A DNA stretch of 64,000 nt, from contig OY970178.1 in assembly GCA_963707915.1 (NCBI GenBank), positions 2,304,001 to 2,368,000 on the forward strand, in the 5' to 3' direction. The notes under the pieces are model-generated. The model was not told the origin of the DNA. It did no database searches and saw only the letters and a list, made by a program, of their open reading frames with translations. This document shows positions 28,065-37,557 of this stretch, piece after piece. The number at the start of each line of letters is the position of its first letter. Within the stretch, counting starts at the first letter, position 1. Position numbers and translations under genes: made by a program. The stretch comes from Candidatus Eiseniibacteriota bacterium (GTDB taxonomy: Bacteria > Eisenbacteria > RBG-16-71-46).

Positions 28065-28658
28065 CTACCGATCCGCCCGCGGGGAGCGCCCGTTCACGAA
28101 GCGCCACGCCGTCGGCAGCGCGAGCGCGGCCGCCACGGCCTTGACCAGGTCCCCCGGCAGGAACGGCAGCAGGCCCGCGGCCCACACCCGGTCGGCCGGC
28201 AGGAAACGCGCGAGCGCGGCCGTCCCGGCGGCCAGGATCACCGCGGAGCCGAGCAGCATCGCCAGCAACGTGCCGCCGAAGCGCCGGTCCCAGCCGCGCT
28301 CCGCGCACAGGCCGGTGACGGCGGCGGCGAGCGGGAATGCGAGCAGGAAGCCGCCCGTCGGCCCTGCGAGCACCAGCGGGCCGCCCAGGCCGCCCGCGAA
28401 GAACGGCAGGCCGAGCGCCCCCTGGAGCAGGTAGAGCGCCTGCGCCAGCGCACCGCGCCGGGCGCCCAGGGCAGCGCCGGTGAGCAGCACGGCGAAGGTC
28501 TGCCCGGTGAGCGGCACCGGCGACCACGGCAGCGGCAGGGCGACGCGGGCGGCCGCGGCCGTGACCAGGCTCGCACCGACGACCAGGAGGACATCGCGCA
28601 GGACGCCGGCGCGCGGCAGGGCCGCGTCGGCGAGGGTCAACGTACGGACGGTGGACAT
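28065..28658 (-). CDS. bioY: biotin transporter BioY
   Basis: PVPLTGQTFAVLL, YLLQGALGLPFFAGG, GPTGGFLLAF, PFLPGDLVK. Confidence 0.95.
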   Translation of the reverse strand: MSTVRTLTLADAALPRAGVLRDVLLVVGASLVTAAAARVALPLPWSPVPLTGQTFAVLLTGAALGARRGALAQALYLLQGALGLPFFAGGLGGPLVLAGPTGGFLLAFPLAAAVTGLCAERGWDRRFGGTLLAMLLGSAVILAAGTAALARFLPADRVWAAGLLPFLPGDLVKAVAAALALPTAWRFVNGRSPRADR

Positions 28659-28947
28659 GGACACCTCGGATGAGTAGGGCGCGGCCGGGCGAGGCCGGGC
28701 ACATCGGTCGCCCGCTCACGCAGTCTCCGCAGCGACTTCCAACCGGATCAAGACCGTTGCAAGACCGCGCGAACCTAGCACGGTCCCCCGGGGTGGGCAA
28801 TGGTCAAGCGGCCCTCGTCACGGAGTCGTCATGCGGGCCCGGCGCGACGCGGCGGCACGGTGCGTGCGCCCGGGACCAGGTCCCCGCGGGCACGCCGGGG
28901 AGCGGGCGAACCGGGGTCCGCGCGGCCGCCGGCGACGAGACGTCGCG

Positions 28948-30226
28948 GGTAGCGTCAAGAGTCATGTGTCAGGAGGAAGGGGGCTGAGGTTCCGGCCTTG
29001 TGGTTTTCGTAGGTGAAGACGGCGAACAGGATGCGCTCCATGGAGGTGCGGTCACTGAAGACCCCCATGGGGCGCGTTCTTCTGCGGACCTCGCGGAAGC
29101 GGCGTTCGATGGCGTTGGTGGTGCGGGTGGCCTGGCGCCAGGCGGAATCGTCGAAGGCGAAGAACGCCAGCAGGTCCTCGAGGTCCTGCTGCAGGCAGCG
29201 GACCGCGGCCGGGTAGCGGGTGTGCCAGCGGTCGACCAGGTGCCGGGCGGCCGCTCGTGCAGTGGTGCGGTTGACTGCGTGGCTGATGCGGTGCAGGTCG
29301 CGCTTGACCCGCTCGCGGTCGGTGTCTCGCACCTTGTCGAGGATGTTGCGGGTCTTGTGGGCCCAGCAGCGGCCGACCCGGACCCGCGGGTAGACCAGCG
29401 GCAGCGCGGCGAGCAGACCGGCACCGCCATCGGTGGCGATCAGGGTGAGGCCCTCGCCGGTGAGCCCGCGGGCATAGAGATCGTTGAGGAACGCCTCCCA
29501 GGCCGGCTGGCTCTCGGCCGGGGCGAGGCGGAAGTCGAGGATCTCCTTCTTCCCGGCGAGCGTGATCCCGAGCGCCACCAGCACGGGCCGGCGCAACGCC
29601 CCGGCGCCGCTCTTGCGGGCCAGCACCACGCCATCGAGCAGCACGGCCCGGTAACGGTTGGCGAGCGGGCGACGATGGAACGCGGCGGCCGCCTCATCCA
29701 GGCCCCGCGCCACCCGGCTCACCGTCGCCGGGCTGACCCGCTCGCCCAGCAGGGGCAGCAGCGCCTCGCCCACCTTGCGGGTCGAAAGCCCGAGGACGAA
29801 GCCGGCCAGGATCACCCGCTCGAGTTGGGGCACCCGCCGGGCATAGCGGCCCAGCACGGCGACCGCGCTGTAGGTCCGGGAGCGTGGCACCTGCAACTCC
29901 AGGACGCCGACCTCATGCCACAGCCAGCGGCGGTAGCTGCCATTGCGGCGGTCAGCGACCCCGGCCGCGGCCAGTTCGGCGATCCGGTTGCCCACCAGGC
30001 CGTGCATCCGCTCCTCGATCACCCGCCGGACCGCGGCCTGGCTCGCCTGCCTCAGCTCGTTCCACTCCGGCGCCTGCACCGCCATCGACTTGAGCATCCG
30101 CACCGCCTGCTTCACACTGCGCACCGCAGCGACCTGCTGCATGGGGGTACCTCCTTGAGGTGGTTGGCCCTGCCTCTGTTGGAGTACCCCCTTCCTTGTC
30201 CCTGACACAAACACTGGTACATCACC
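28948..30226 (-). mobile_element. IS256-family insertion sequence, 1279 bp
   Basis: Imperfect 26-bp terminal IRs (GGT...TGTGTCAGG at both ends); 8-bp target duplication ACGTCGCG at 28940-28947 and 30227-30234. Confidence 0.92.
28955..30142 (-). CDS. IS256 family transposase
   Basis: RRNGSYRR, GLSTRKV, LLDG, IATDG, RCWAHK, TTNAIERRFREVRRRTR (DDE intact). Confidence 0.95.
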   Translation of the reverse strand: MQQVAAVRSVKQAVRMLKSMAVQAPEWNELRQASQAAVRRVIEERMHGLVGNRIAELAAAGVADRRNGSYRRWLWHEVGVLELQVPRSRTYSAVAVLGRYARRVPQLERVILAGFVLGLSTRKVGEALLPLLGERVSPATVSRVARGLDEAAAAFHRRPLANRYRAVLLDGVVLARKSGAGALRRPVLVALGITLAGKKEILDFRLAPAESQPAWEAFLNDLYARGLTGEGLTLIATDGGAGLLAALPLVYPRVRVGRCWAHKTRNILDKVRDTDRERVKRDLHRISHAVNRTTARAAARHLVDRWHTRYPAAVRCLQQDLEDLLAFFAFDDSAWRQATRTTNAIERRFREVRRRTRPMGVFSDRTSMERILFAVFTYENHKAGTSAPFLLTHDS

Positions 30227-30300
30227 ACGTCGCGGGCCGGCTTGCCGCCGGACGAGGCCCGGGCGCATGCTCGCGTCCCGCCTGCCGGAGGGAGACCCCG

Positions 30301-30804
30301 ATGCTCACCGCCGAAGACGTGAAGCGCCTGCTCGCGCTCGAGCCGCTGCAGCCCGAGGGCGGCTGCTTCGCCGAGACCTACCGCGCGCGCGCGTCGCTCG
30401 CTCCCGGCACGCTGCCCGGCCTGGACGCGCCGCGGCCGCTCGCGACCGCGATCTACTACCTGCTCGAGCCGGGCAACTTCTCGGCGCTGCACCGGCTGCG
30501 GGCCGACGAGGTCTTCCACTTCTACCTCGGCGATCCGGTGGAGATGCTCCAACTCGGTCCCGGCCCGCCGGGCCGCCTGCTGCGGCTGGGCGGAGACCTC
30601 GCCGCCGGAGAGCGCCCGCAGGCGGTGGTGACCGCCGGCACGTGGCAGGGCACGCGGCTGGTCGCGGGCGGGCGCTGGGCCCTGCTCGGCACCACCGTGG
30701 CCCCGGGCTTCGACGCCGCCGACTTCGAGCTCGGCCGCCGCGAGGATCTGGTGGCGGGCTGGCCGGCGCACCGCGCGGCGATCGAGGCGCTGACGCGCGG
30801 GTAG
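30301..30804 (+). CDS. cupin_5 (DUF985) family protein
   Basis: LEPLQPEGGCFAETYR, TAIYYLL, SALHRL..DEVFHFYLG, TVAPGFD..DFEL. Confidence 0.9.
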   Translation: MLTAEDVKRLLALEPLQPEGGCFAETYRARASLAPGTLPGLDAPRPLATAIYYLLEPGNFSALHRLRADEVFHFYLGDPVEMLQLGPGPPGRLLRLGGDLAAGERPQAVVTAGTWQGTRLVAGGRWALLGTTVAPGFDAADFELGRREDLVAGWPAHRAAIEALTRG

Positions 30805-30872
30805 CACGGCGCGCGGGGCGTCCGGGACGACCCTCACGGAAGGACGAGGCGCCCGGCCCCCGGGAGCAGGGC

Positions 30873-31529
30873 CTAGCGCTGGGGCTTCTGGACCAGGCCC
30901 TCGCGGATCGCGAACTGCGTCAGCAGCGCCACCGACTTGAGGTTGAGCTTGCGCATCAGGTTCGCGCGGTGCGTCTCGACCGTGCGCGTGCTGATGTCGA
31001 GCTGCGTGGCGATCTCCTTGGTCGAGAGCCCCTTGACCACCAGCGCCACCACCTCGCGCTCGCGCTCGGTGAGCGTGTCCATCGGGCGCGGCGGCGCGGA
31101 GTGCGCACGCAGCAGCTCCGACAGCTCGCGCTGCACCGGCGGGCTGTAGTAGGCGCGGCCGGCCCGCACCGCCTCGATCGCCGCCACCAGGTCCTGCACC
31201 GCGGAGTCCTTGAGCAGGTAGCCGTCGGCCCCGTCCTGCACCGCGCGCGCCACGTATTCGGCGTCGGCGTGCATGGTGAGCACCAGCACCTTGACGCCGG
31301 GCTGCGTCGCCTTCACCTGCCGCAGCACGTCGAAGCCGTCGGCGCCCGGCATGGTCAGGTCGAGGACCAGCACGTCCACCGGCTCCGCCTGCAGGAACTC
31401 GAGCGCCGCCTCGCCGTTCGAGACCTCGCCCGCCACGGCCAGGCCGGGCTGCGCTTCCAGGATGCGCCGCACGCCGGTCCGCACCAGCGGGTGGTCGTCG
31501 GCCAGCAGGACGCGCACGGTATCGCTCAC
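30873..31529 (-). CDS. NarL/LuxR family response regulator
   Basis: VLLADDH, VLDLTMPG, GYLLKD, LTEREREV...STRTVETHRANLMRKL; GTGA overlap with the kinase. Confidence 0.95.
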   Translation of the reverse strand: MSDTVRVLLADDHPLVRTGVRRILEAQPGLAVAGEVSNGEAALEFLQAEPVDVLVLDLTMPGADGFDVLRQVKATQPGVKVLVLTMHADAEYVARAVQDGADGYLLKDSAVQDLVAAIEAVRAGRAYYSPPVQRELSELLRAHSAPPRPMDTLTEREREVVALVVKGLSTKEIATQLDISTRTVETHRANLMRKLNLKSVALLTQFAIREGLVQKPQR

Positions 31530-32788
31530 GGCGTGGCTCCGGTGGGGATGAGGGCCTCGAGCCGGAAGCCCTGGGCGGGCGACGCGGCGACGGTCAGTGT
31601 ACCTCCAAGCGCGGTGACGCGCTCGCGCATGCCGAGCAGGCCGAGCTGCGGCTTCGGCTCGCCGGCCATCCCGCGGCCGTCGTCCTCGACCGCAAGCCGC
31701 AGCCCCGCCTCCGACGCCCCCAGCCCGACGCGCACCTGGCGGGCCCCGGCGTGGCGCGCGACGTTGGTGAGCGCCTCCTGCACCACGCGGTAGATGACGA
31801 CCTCCTGCTCGGGCGTGAAGCCGCGCAGGCCCTCGTCGATCGAGAGCGCGACGTCGACGTGCGTGCGCCGCGTGAAGTCCTCGGCCATCGCGCGCAACGC
31901 GGGCAGCAGCCCGAGGTCGTCGAGCACGCTCGGCCGCAGCAGGTTGCTCAGGTCGCGCACCTGCGCCAGGGCACGCGCCACCATCTCGCTCGCCTCCTTG
32001 CGGCCGTCCATGTCGAGCTCGATCTTGACCGCGGTGAGCACCTGGCCGGCCTCGTCGTGCAGCTCGCGGGCGATGCGGCGGCGCTCGTCCTCCTGCGCGC
32101 GCAGGAGCAGGCGCGTGAGCTGCTCGAGCTGGGTGGTGCGCATGGCCAGCTTGTGGCGCTCCTCCCCCAGCACCAGGAACAGCGTGCCGATGGTCACCGC
32201 CACGATGATGAGCACGTCCACGAACACCATGGTGAAGGTGGCGGTGCCGAAGCTGCGCAGCAGCGGGTAGTCCAGGTGGTGCAGCGCCCAGAGCAGGAAC
32301 GACCAGGCCAGGATGAGGGCGGAACCCGAGCGCGTGACGCGCTGGTAGCGCCAGAACACGATGGAGGTCCACAGCGTCACGGTGAAGAGCAGCAGCGCCG
32401 CCGACGCGCCGGCGACCTCCATGCTGCCGATGCGGTAGATCGCCGTGTAGGACCAGGCCAGGGCCAGGACCCCGAGCCACAGGTAGCGCCGGCGCCACGC
32501 CGCGCCCCGGGAGAACTGCACCGCCGCCAGCAGCAGCAGCAGCGCGACGAAGTCGGTGCACACCTGGTGGGCGAAGAGCCAGACGACCTGGCGCTCGACC
32601 AGGAACGTCGACATGAACGCGAGACGCGCCGCGTAGAACGTCCAGGCCAGCGACCAGGTCAGGAAGTAGGGCCGGCGCTGCCGGCGCCACAGCCACAGGT
32701 AGGCGAGCGCCAGCAGGAGGGTCAGCACCGTCTGGAAGCCCAGGGCGCTGCATTCCACGAAGACGCGGTCCATGGTCGTGTCCATCAC
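31526..32788 (-). CDS. membrane sensor histidine kinase (HisKA_3) with ~7 N-terminal TM helices
   Basis: QEDERRRIARELHDEAGQ, YRVVQEALTNVARHA, EDDGRG, LGLLGMRER. Confidence 0.95.
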   Translation of the reverse strand: MMDTTMDRVFVECSALGFQTVLTLLLALAYLWLWRRQRRPYFLTWSLAWTFYAARLAFMSTFLVERQVVWLFAHQVCTDFVALLLLLAAVQFSRGAAWRRRYLWLGVLALAWSYTAIYRIGSMEVAGASAALLLFTVTLWTSIVFWRYQRVTRSGSALILAWSFLLWALHHLDYPLLRSFGTATFTMVFVDVLIIVAVTIGTLFLVLGEERHKLAMRTTQLEQLTRLLLRAQEDERRRIARELHDEAGQVLTAVKIELDMDGRKEASEMVARALAQVRDLSNLLRPSVLDDLGLLPALRAMAEDFTRRTHVDVALSIDEGLRGFTPEQEVVIYRVVQEALTNVARHAGARQVRVGLGASEAGLRLAVEDDGRGMAGEPKPQLGLLGMRERVTALGGTLTVAASPAQGFRLEALIPTGATP

Positions 32789-32930
32789 GCCGGGAATCTA
32801 GCGCAACGGTCGCCGGCGCGTGAACCCGCCGCCCCGCCCCGGGTCCGGCGGCGGCGCCCGGCGGCCGGGTGCGGCGCCGGTCCGCCCTCCCGGCCCCTCC
32901 TCCGGTCCCCGGGGCCGCTCCGGATCGCGC

Positions 32931-32959
32931 TTGACACGGGCTATTGAAATGATATCATT
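32931..32959 (+). promoter_or_regulatory. sigma70-like promoter with palindromic operator
   Basis: TTGACA-N16-TATCAT; perfect palindrome AATGATATCATT at 32948-32959 covering the -10. Confidence 0.7.
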
Positions 32960-32982
32960 CTGACATCCCGAAAGGAGGGACC

Positions 32983-33852
32983 ATGTTCCAGGAGAAGAAG
33001 GTGCTGGCGTCGTCCGGGTGGTTGCTGCTGGTGGTACTCGTCGCCGTGCTCGTGCTCGCCGTCTTCGGCGTCGTCGTGGCCGCCCGCGCCCTGAGCTCGC
33101 CCCTGCTGGTGCTGTCGCTGCTCGTGCTGGTGGTCGACGGCGTGTGCTTCGCCGGGCTCCAGGTCGTGAACCCGAACGAGGGGCAGGTCGTGCAGCTCGC
33201 CGGCCGCTACCTGGGGACCCTGCGCGACCAGGGCTTCTACTGGACCAACCCGCTCACCAACCGTCGCCGGGTCTCCCTGCGGGTGCGCAACTTCGAGAGC
33301 GCGAAGCTCAAGGTGAACGACCACGACGGCAACCCCATCGACATCGCCGCGGTCGTGGTGTGGAGGGTGGTGGACACCGCCGAGGCCATCTTCCACGTCG
33401 ACAACTACGAGAACTTCGTCCACGTGCAGAGCGAGGCCGCGCTGCGCAACCTCGCGACGCTGCACCCGTACGACGCGCACGAGGAGGGCGTGGTCTCGCT
33501 GCGCGGCAACACGGCGATGGTGGCCGGCCTGCTCCAGAAGGAGATCCAGGACCGCCTCACCCAGGCCGGCGTCGAGGTCATCGAGGCGCGCATCAGCCAC
33601 CTCGCCTACGCCTCCGAGATCGCCGGCGCCATGCTGCAGCGCCAGCAGGCGGGCGCGATCATCGCGGCGCGCTCGCGCATCGTGCAGGGCGCGGTCAGCA
33701 TGGTGGAGATGGCGCTCGCGGAGCTCGCCAGCAAGCAGATCGTCGAGCTCGACCCCGAACGCAAGGCCGCCATGGTCAGCAACCTGCTGGTCGTGCTGTG
33801 CAGCGGGCAGCACACCCAGCCGGTGGTGAACACCGGGACGCTGTACCAGTAG
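32983..33852 (+). CDS. SPFH/band-7 domain membrane protein
   Basis: Two TM helices; [64 protein letters not shown]. Confidence 0.93.
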   Translation: MFQEKKVLASSGWLLLVVLVAVLVLAVFGVVVAARALSSPLLVLSLLVLVVDGVCFAGLQVVNPNEGQVVQLAGRYLGTLRDQGFYWTNPLTNRRRVSLRVRNFESAKLKVNDHDGNPIDIAAVVVWRVVDTAEAIFHVDNYENFVHVQSEAALRNLATLHPYDAHEEGVVSLRGNTAMVAGLLQKEIQDRLTQAGVEVIEARISHLAYASEIAGAMLQRQQAGAIIAARSRIVQGAVSMVEMALAELASKQIVELDPERKAAMVSNLLVVLCSGQHTQPVVNTGTLYQ

Positions 33853-33861
33853 GCGGTGGAC

Positions 33862-34083
33862 GTGGCGGAGCGGAAGCCGTTCCTGCTGAGGCTGGCGCCG
33901 GAGGTCCACGACGCGCTGCAGAAGTGGGCCGCCGACGACCTGCGCAGCCTGAACGGACAGATCGAGTTCCTGCTCCGCCACGCGCTCCACGAGGCGGGCC
34001 GCCCGCCCCGTGGCGGAGCGGACCCCGCGGCCCGCCCGGGTCCGCCGGCCGGGGGCGCGCCGCGGCGGAGGCGCCCCGCGTGA
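33862..34083 (+). CDS. Arc-family ribbon-helix-helix DNA-binding protein
   Basis: [36 protein letters not shown]. Confidence 0.85.
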   Translation: MAERKPFLLRLAPEVHDALQKWAADDLRSLNGQIEFLLRHALHEAGRPPRGGADPAARPGPPAGGAPRRRRPA

Positions 34084-34142
34084 TCCGCTCGACTCCGGGG
34101 CCCGGACTGCCGATGCCTCTTCGGTCCGGAGGTCTCCGCCCG

Positions 34143-35210
34143 ATGGTCTCCCGCGCCCTGCCCGTGATCGCGTTCCTCCTCCTGCTGGCCCTGCCACCGG
34201 CCCGCACGCCGGCCCGCGCGGCCGGGAACGCCCGCGGCGGCAACCGCGCCGCCGTCGTCACCGGGCCGTGCGTCGAGCGTTCCGCGCCGGTCATGGACGA
34301 CGTGCTGAGCATCGTCGCCGCCAGCCGCGGCAACGCCACGGACACGGCGCGCGCCGCGGCCGCGCTCGACCTGGCCTTCGCGGAGGCGGAGCGGCTCGCC
34401 GGTGTCTTCGCGCCCGGGGCGGGCGGCGGGGAGCTGGCGCTCCTGAACCGCACCGCCGCGGAGCAGCGCTTCCCCTGCTCCGCGGACCTCTACGCCGTGC
34501 TCGAAGCCGCCTGCGCGCTGGCCGACGAGACCGACGGCGCCTACGACCCGACGAGCGGGCCGCTGCGGCGCGCGTGGGACCAGCGCGGCGCCGCGCGCGC
34601 GCCCGACGCGGGCGACCTGGCGGCGGCGCGCCGGCTCGCCGGCTGGCGCATGCTCGCGCTGGATCCCGGCGGCCGCACCGTGCGGTTCGGCCGGGCCGGC
34701 ATGGAGGTGGCGCCGGACGCGGTCGCGCGGGGCATGGTGCTGGAGCGCGCCGCCGGCCGGCTGCGCGAGCGCGGCATCGCGCGGGCACGGCTCGAGCTCG
34801 GCGGCGAGGTGCTCGCCTTCACGACCTACGACGCCTGGCCGGCGGCGATCCCCGGCCCCGCCGGCGGCGGGGCGACGGCGCTGACGCTCACGGTCTCGAA
34901 CGGCGCGGTCGCGACCGCGCGGTCCGGCCGCGAGGGACCCGCCCGCGTCCTCGACCCGCGCACCGGCCAGTTGCCGCTCGCCGAGGCCTCGGTCACCGTG
35001 GTGGAGCGTTCGCCGCTGCGCGTCCGCGCCCTCGCCGAGGCGCTGCTGGTGCAGGGCCGGGACGCCGCGGAGGCCTACGCCCGGGCCCACCCCGGGACCG
35101 GCGTGCTGTGGCTCGAACCGTTCGGCCCCGGCCTGCGGGCCTGGGTGTGGAACCTCGGCAGGGTCCAGCCCGAGCCCGGCGTGCAGGTCGAGTGGATGAC
35201 GGAACCTTGA
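34143..35210 (+). CDS. ApbE-like FAD:protein FMN transferase homolog (divergent)
   Basis: Signal peptide; [43 protein letters not shown]. Confidence 0.75.
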   Translation: MVSRALPVIAFLLLLALPPARTPARAAGNARGGNRAAVVTGPCVERSAPVMDDVLSIVAASRGNATDTARAAAALDLAFAEAERLAGVFAPGAGGGELALLNRTAAEQRFPCSADLYAVLEAACALADETDGAYDPTSGPLRRAWDQRGAARAPDAGDLAAARRLAGWRMLALDPGGRTVRFGRAGMEVAPDAVARGMVLERAAGRLRERGIARARLELGGEVLAFTTYDAWPAAIPGPAGGGATALTLTVSNGAVATARSGREGPARVLDPRTGQLPLAEASVTVVERSPLRVRALAEALLVQGRDAAEAYARAHPGTGVLWLEPFGPGLRAWVWNLGRVQPEPGVQVEWMTEP

Positions 35211-35363
35211 CCCGCGGAACGACGCGGGCCCGCTGACCGGGCGCCGGGCGTGCGCGCGCTGTCGCGCGGCCGCCACAGCGGACCGGTGCGCGCCTCCCTC
35301 CCGCGCGCCCGGCCCGGGGCGCAACCTCTTGCGCGGCAAGCGGCCGTCCCCCCGCTCCGCGCG

Positions 35364-35379
35364 TGGCACGCCGCGTGCA
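35364..35379 (+). promoter_or_regulatory. sigma54 (-24/-12) promoter
   Basis: TGGCACGCCGCGTGCA, GG-N10-GC, about 48 bp upstream of the ATG at 35427. Confidence 0.6.
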
Positions 35380-35426
35380 GTCGCCCTCCGTGAGAATCAC
35401 GCCGGAGATCCCCAGCGGAGGTGGCC

Positions 35427-35891
35427 ATGAACCGGAACTCGATCGGGAACCGCACCCTCGCGACGCTGCTGCTCGTCGCCGTGGCGAGCGCTTCGCTCGC
35501 CCCCACCGCACTGGCCGACCGCGGCCGCCACGGGCGGATGGGCCGTCCCGGGATCGTGCGCGTCGTGCATCGCGGACCCTACTTCGTGGAACGCCACTCC
35601 GAAGCCGGCGCGCTCGTCGGCTTCCTCGGCGGGCTGGTGGTGGGCAGCATCCTGTCGAGCGCCTCGAACACGACTCCGCCGCACCCGGCGTACGAGTACT
35701 ACGACCCCTTCTGCCGGCGCAGCTTCACCGGCGTCGGCGCGTACGGCCGGCACCTGGACACCTGCCGGCATCCGCGCGAGGTCGAGGTCATCGAAGTGGA
35801 CGGCGGACGCTGCGTCGACACCCTCGAATGGCGCGACGGCCGCTGGTGGAGCCGGGACGAACTCCCGCGCGACCAGGACTGGGCGGAATGA
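35427..35891 (+). CDS. secreted hypothetical protein with glycine-zipper-like segment and zinc-finger-like motif
   Basis: GGAGG RBS; signal peptide (TALA|D); GALVGFLGGLVVGSIL; YYDPFCRRSF...YGRHLDTCRH. Confidence 0.75.
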   Translation: MNRNSIGNRTLATLLLVAVASASLAPTALADRGRHGRMGRPGIVRVVHRGPYFVERHSEAGALVGFLGGLVVGSILSSASNTTPPHPAYEYYDPFCRRSFTGVGAYGRHLDTCRHPREVEVIEVDGGRCVDTLEWRDGRWWSRDELPRDQDWAE

Positions 35892-36090
35892 GTTGAAGCG
35901 ACCGGGCTGCGAGCGGCGCGCGACGGGAGACCGCGCGACCAGGAGCGGCCCGGTCGAGTGAGTGGGTCCGGGCGAGCGTGGTTGGAGCTGGGGAGCGTCC
36001 AGAGCCGCGCGGCGGGCCTGCAGCGACGGACGGTCGTCCAGCGACGGCCGTCCGTTCGCGCGTTCCTCCGGCGTCCGCGGAGCCGCCGGC

Positions 36091-37557
36091 CTAGGCGGCG
36101 AGCCGCTCCTGCGCGTCGATCGTGATCTCCTCGGGGCGCAGGACCCGCACCACGCCGTCGCTCTGCGGCATCGGGTCCCAGGTCTCCTCGACGTCCTCCG
36201 CGAGCGGGGTGCCGTCGGGGCGCACCTGCACGCGGCAGAACGGCCGCCGGAGGTCGGCGGGGTTGGGGCTCACCGCCAGCACCACGTGGTTCGACCGCGT
36301 GAGCAGCATCGACCCCGCCGGGTAGAGGCCCACGGTCCGGACCAGCGACCACATCACGGCGGGATCGAACTGCACGCGCGCGGGCCCGAGCAGGTACTGC
36401 AGTCCCTCGAACGGGGTGCGCGCCCGCTTGTGGTACGTGCGGTGCGCGGTCATGGCGTCGAAGCAGTCCGCGAGCGCGACGATGCGCGTCATGGTGGCCT
36501 GGGCCCACTCGTGCCCGACCTCGGGGTACCCCGTCGCGTCGAAGTTCATGTGGTGCTCGAGGCAGACGCGCATGGCGTCCAGCGTCAGGGCGGTGAGGCC
36601 CGGCATCCGGAACATCATCTTCACGCCCTCGAGCGGATGGCGCTGGATGAAGTTCCACTCTTCGGGCGTGAGCCCCGCGGGCTTGCGCAGCACGTCGCCG
36701 GGCACGGCGACCTTGCCGATGTCGTGGAGCAGCGCGGTCACGCCCAGGTCGGCGAGCGCCTGGCGCGGCAGCCCGAGGGCCTGCCCCATGCTCACCGAGA
36801 GCACGCTCACGTTGACGCAGTGCGCGTAGGTGTACTCGTCGTGCTCCTTCAGCGCGGTGAGACCCACGATCGAGTACTCGTTCCGCATGATGCTGTCCAC
36901 GACCGGCTGCACCAGCCGCTTGGCCTGCCGCAGGTCGGGCCGCCCGGTCTGCGCCGTGCGCACCACGATGCGCCGGGTCCCGAGCACCGCCCGCCAGAAC
37001 ACCTTCTTCGCGCGACCCCGCTCGCCGGCCGGGTCCCGCTCCTCGTCGAGCGTCTGGACGAGCTCGTCCTTGTCCAGGTCGGACGCCGGGACCGGCACGA
37101 TGTGGTCGATGCTCGCCTCGGCCACCGCCTCGGGCAGCCGCTCCGCCAGGGTCGCGTCCTCGGCCGCCATGAACAGCTGCAGGAAGCGCTCCATCTCGGC
37201 CGCGGCCACGCCCTGCAGGAAGCGCACGCCGCCCAGCGAGCGGCGATCGAACTCCTCGATGAGCGAGTGGTAGACGGTGAGCAGCGACGCGCTGGCCTTG
37301 AGCCGCACGCCGTTCAGGTAGAAGTTGTCGGCCACCGCGGCCAGCGCGACCTCGTCCTCCTCCTCCATCACCTGGAGGAGCACGCCCATGAAGTCCTGGA
37401 GCTGGCGACGGAACGCCTGGTTCGAGACGTCGTGCGTGCGCGCGGTGCGCAGCAGCGCCGAGAAGCGGACGAGCAGGTCCGGTCCCATCGTGGTCACGCG
37501 CCCGCTGTCGGCGTCGCCCGGACGGGGCCCCCCGCTGCGCGGCAGGCTCTCACTCAT
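36091..37557 (-). CDS. HD-GYP domain phosphodiesterase (c-di-GMP)
   Basis: YTYAHCVNV, ALLHDIGK, IQRHPLEG, EHH...GYP, VALADCFDAMT. Confidence 0.92.
   Translation of the reverse strand: MSESLPRSGGPRPGDADSGRVTTMGPDLLVRFSALLRTARTHDVSNQAFRRQLQDFMGVLLQVMEEEDEVALAAVADNFYLNGVRLKASASLLTVYHSLIEEFDRRSLGGVRFLQGVAAAEMERFLQLFMAAEDATLAERLPEAVAEASIDHIVPVPASDLDKDELVQTLDEERDPAGERGRAKKVFWRAVLGTRRIVVRTAQTGRPDLRQAKRLVQPVVDSIMRNEYSIVGLTALKEHDEYTYAHCVNVSVLSVSMGQALGLPRQALADLGVTALLHDIGKVAVPGDVLRKPAGLTPEEWNFIQRHPLEGVKMMFRMPGLTALTLDAMRVCLEHHMNFDATGYPEVGHEWAQATMTRIVALADCFDAMTAHRTYHKRARTPFEGLQYLLGPARVQFDPAVMWSLVRTVGLYPAGSMLLTRSNHVVLAVSPNPADLRRPFCRVQVRPDGTPLAEDVEETWDPMPQSDGVVRVLRPEEITIDAQERLAA

Noticed and set aside
28737..28762. 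Possible BirA operator upstream of bioY (ttccaac...gttgcaa)
   Set aside because: Half-sites and spacing match the BirA consensus poorly.
35865..35944. 14-bp direct repeat ccgcgcgaccagga (35865 and 35931)
   Set aside because: Short, GC-rich and only two copies; no mobile element lies between them.
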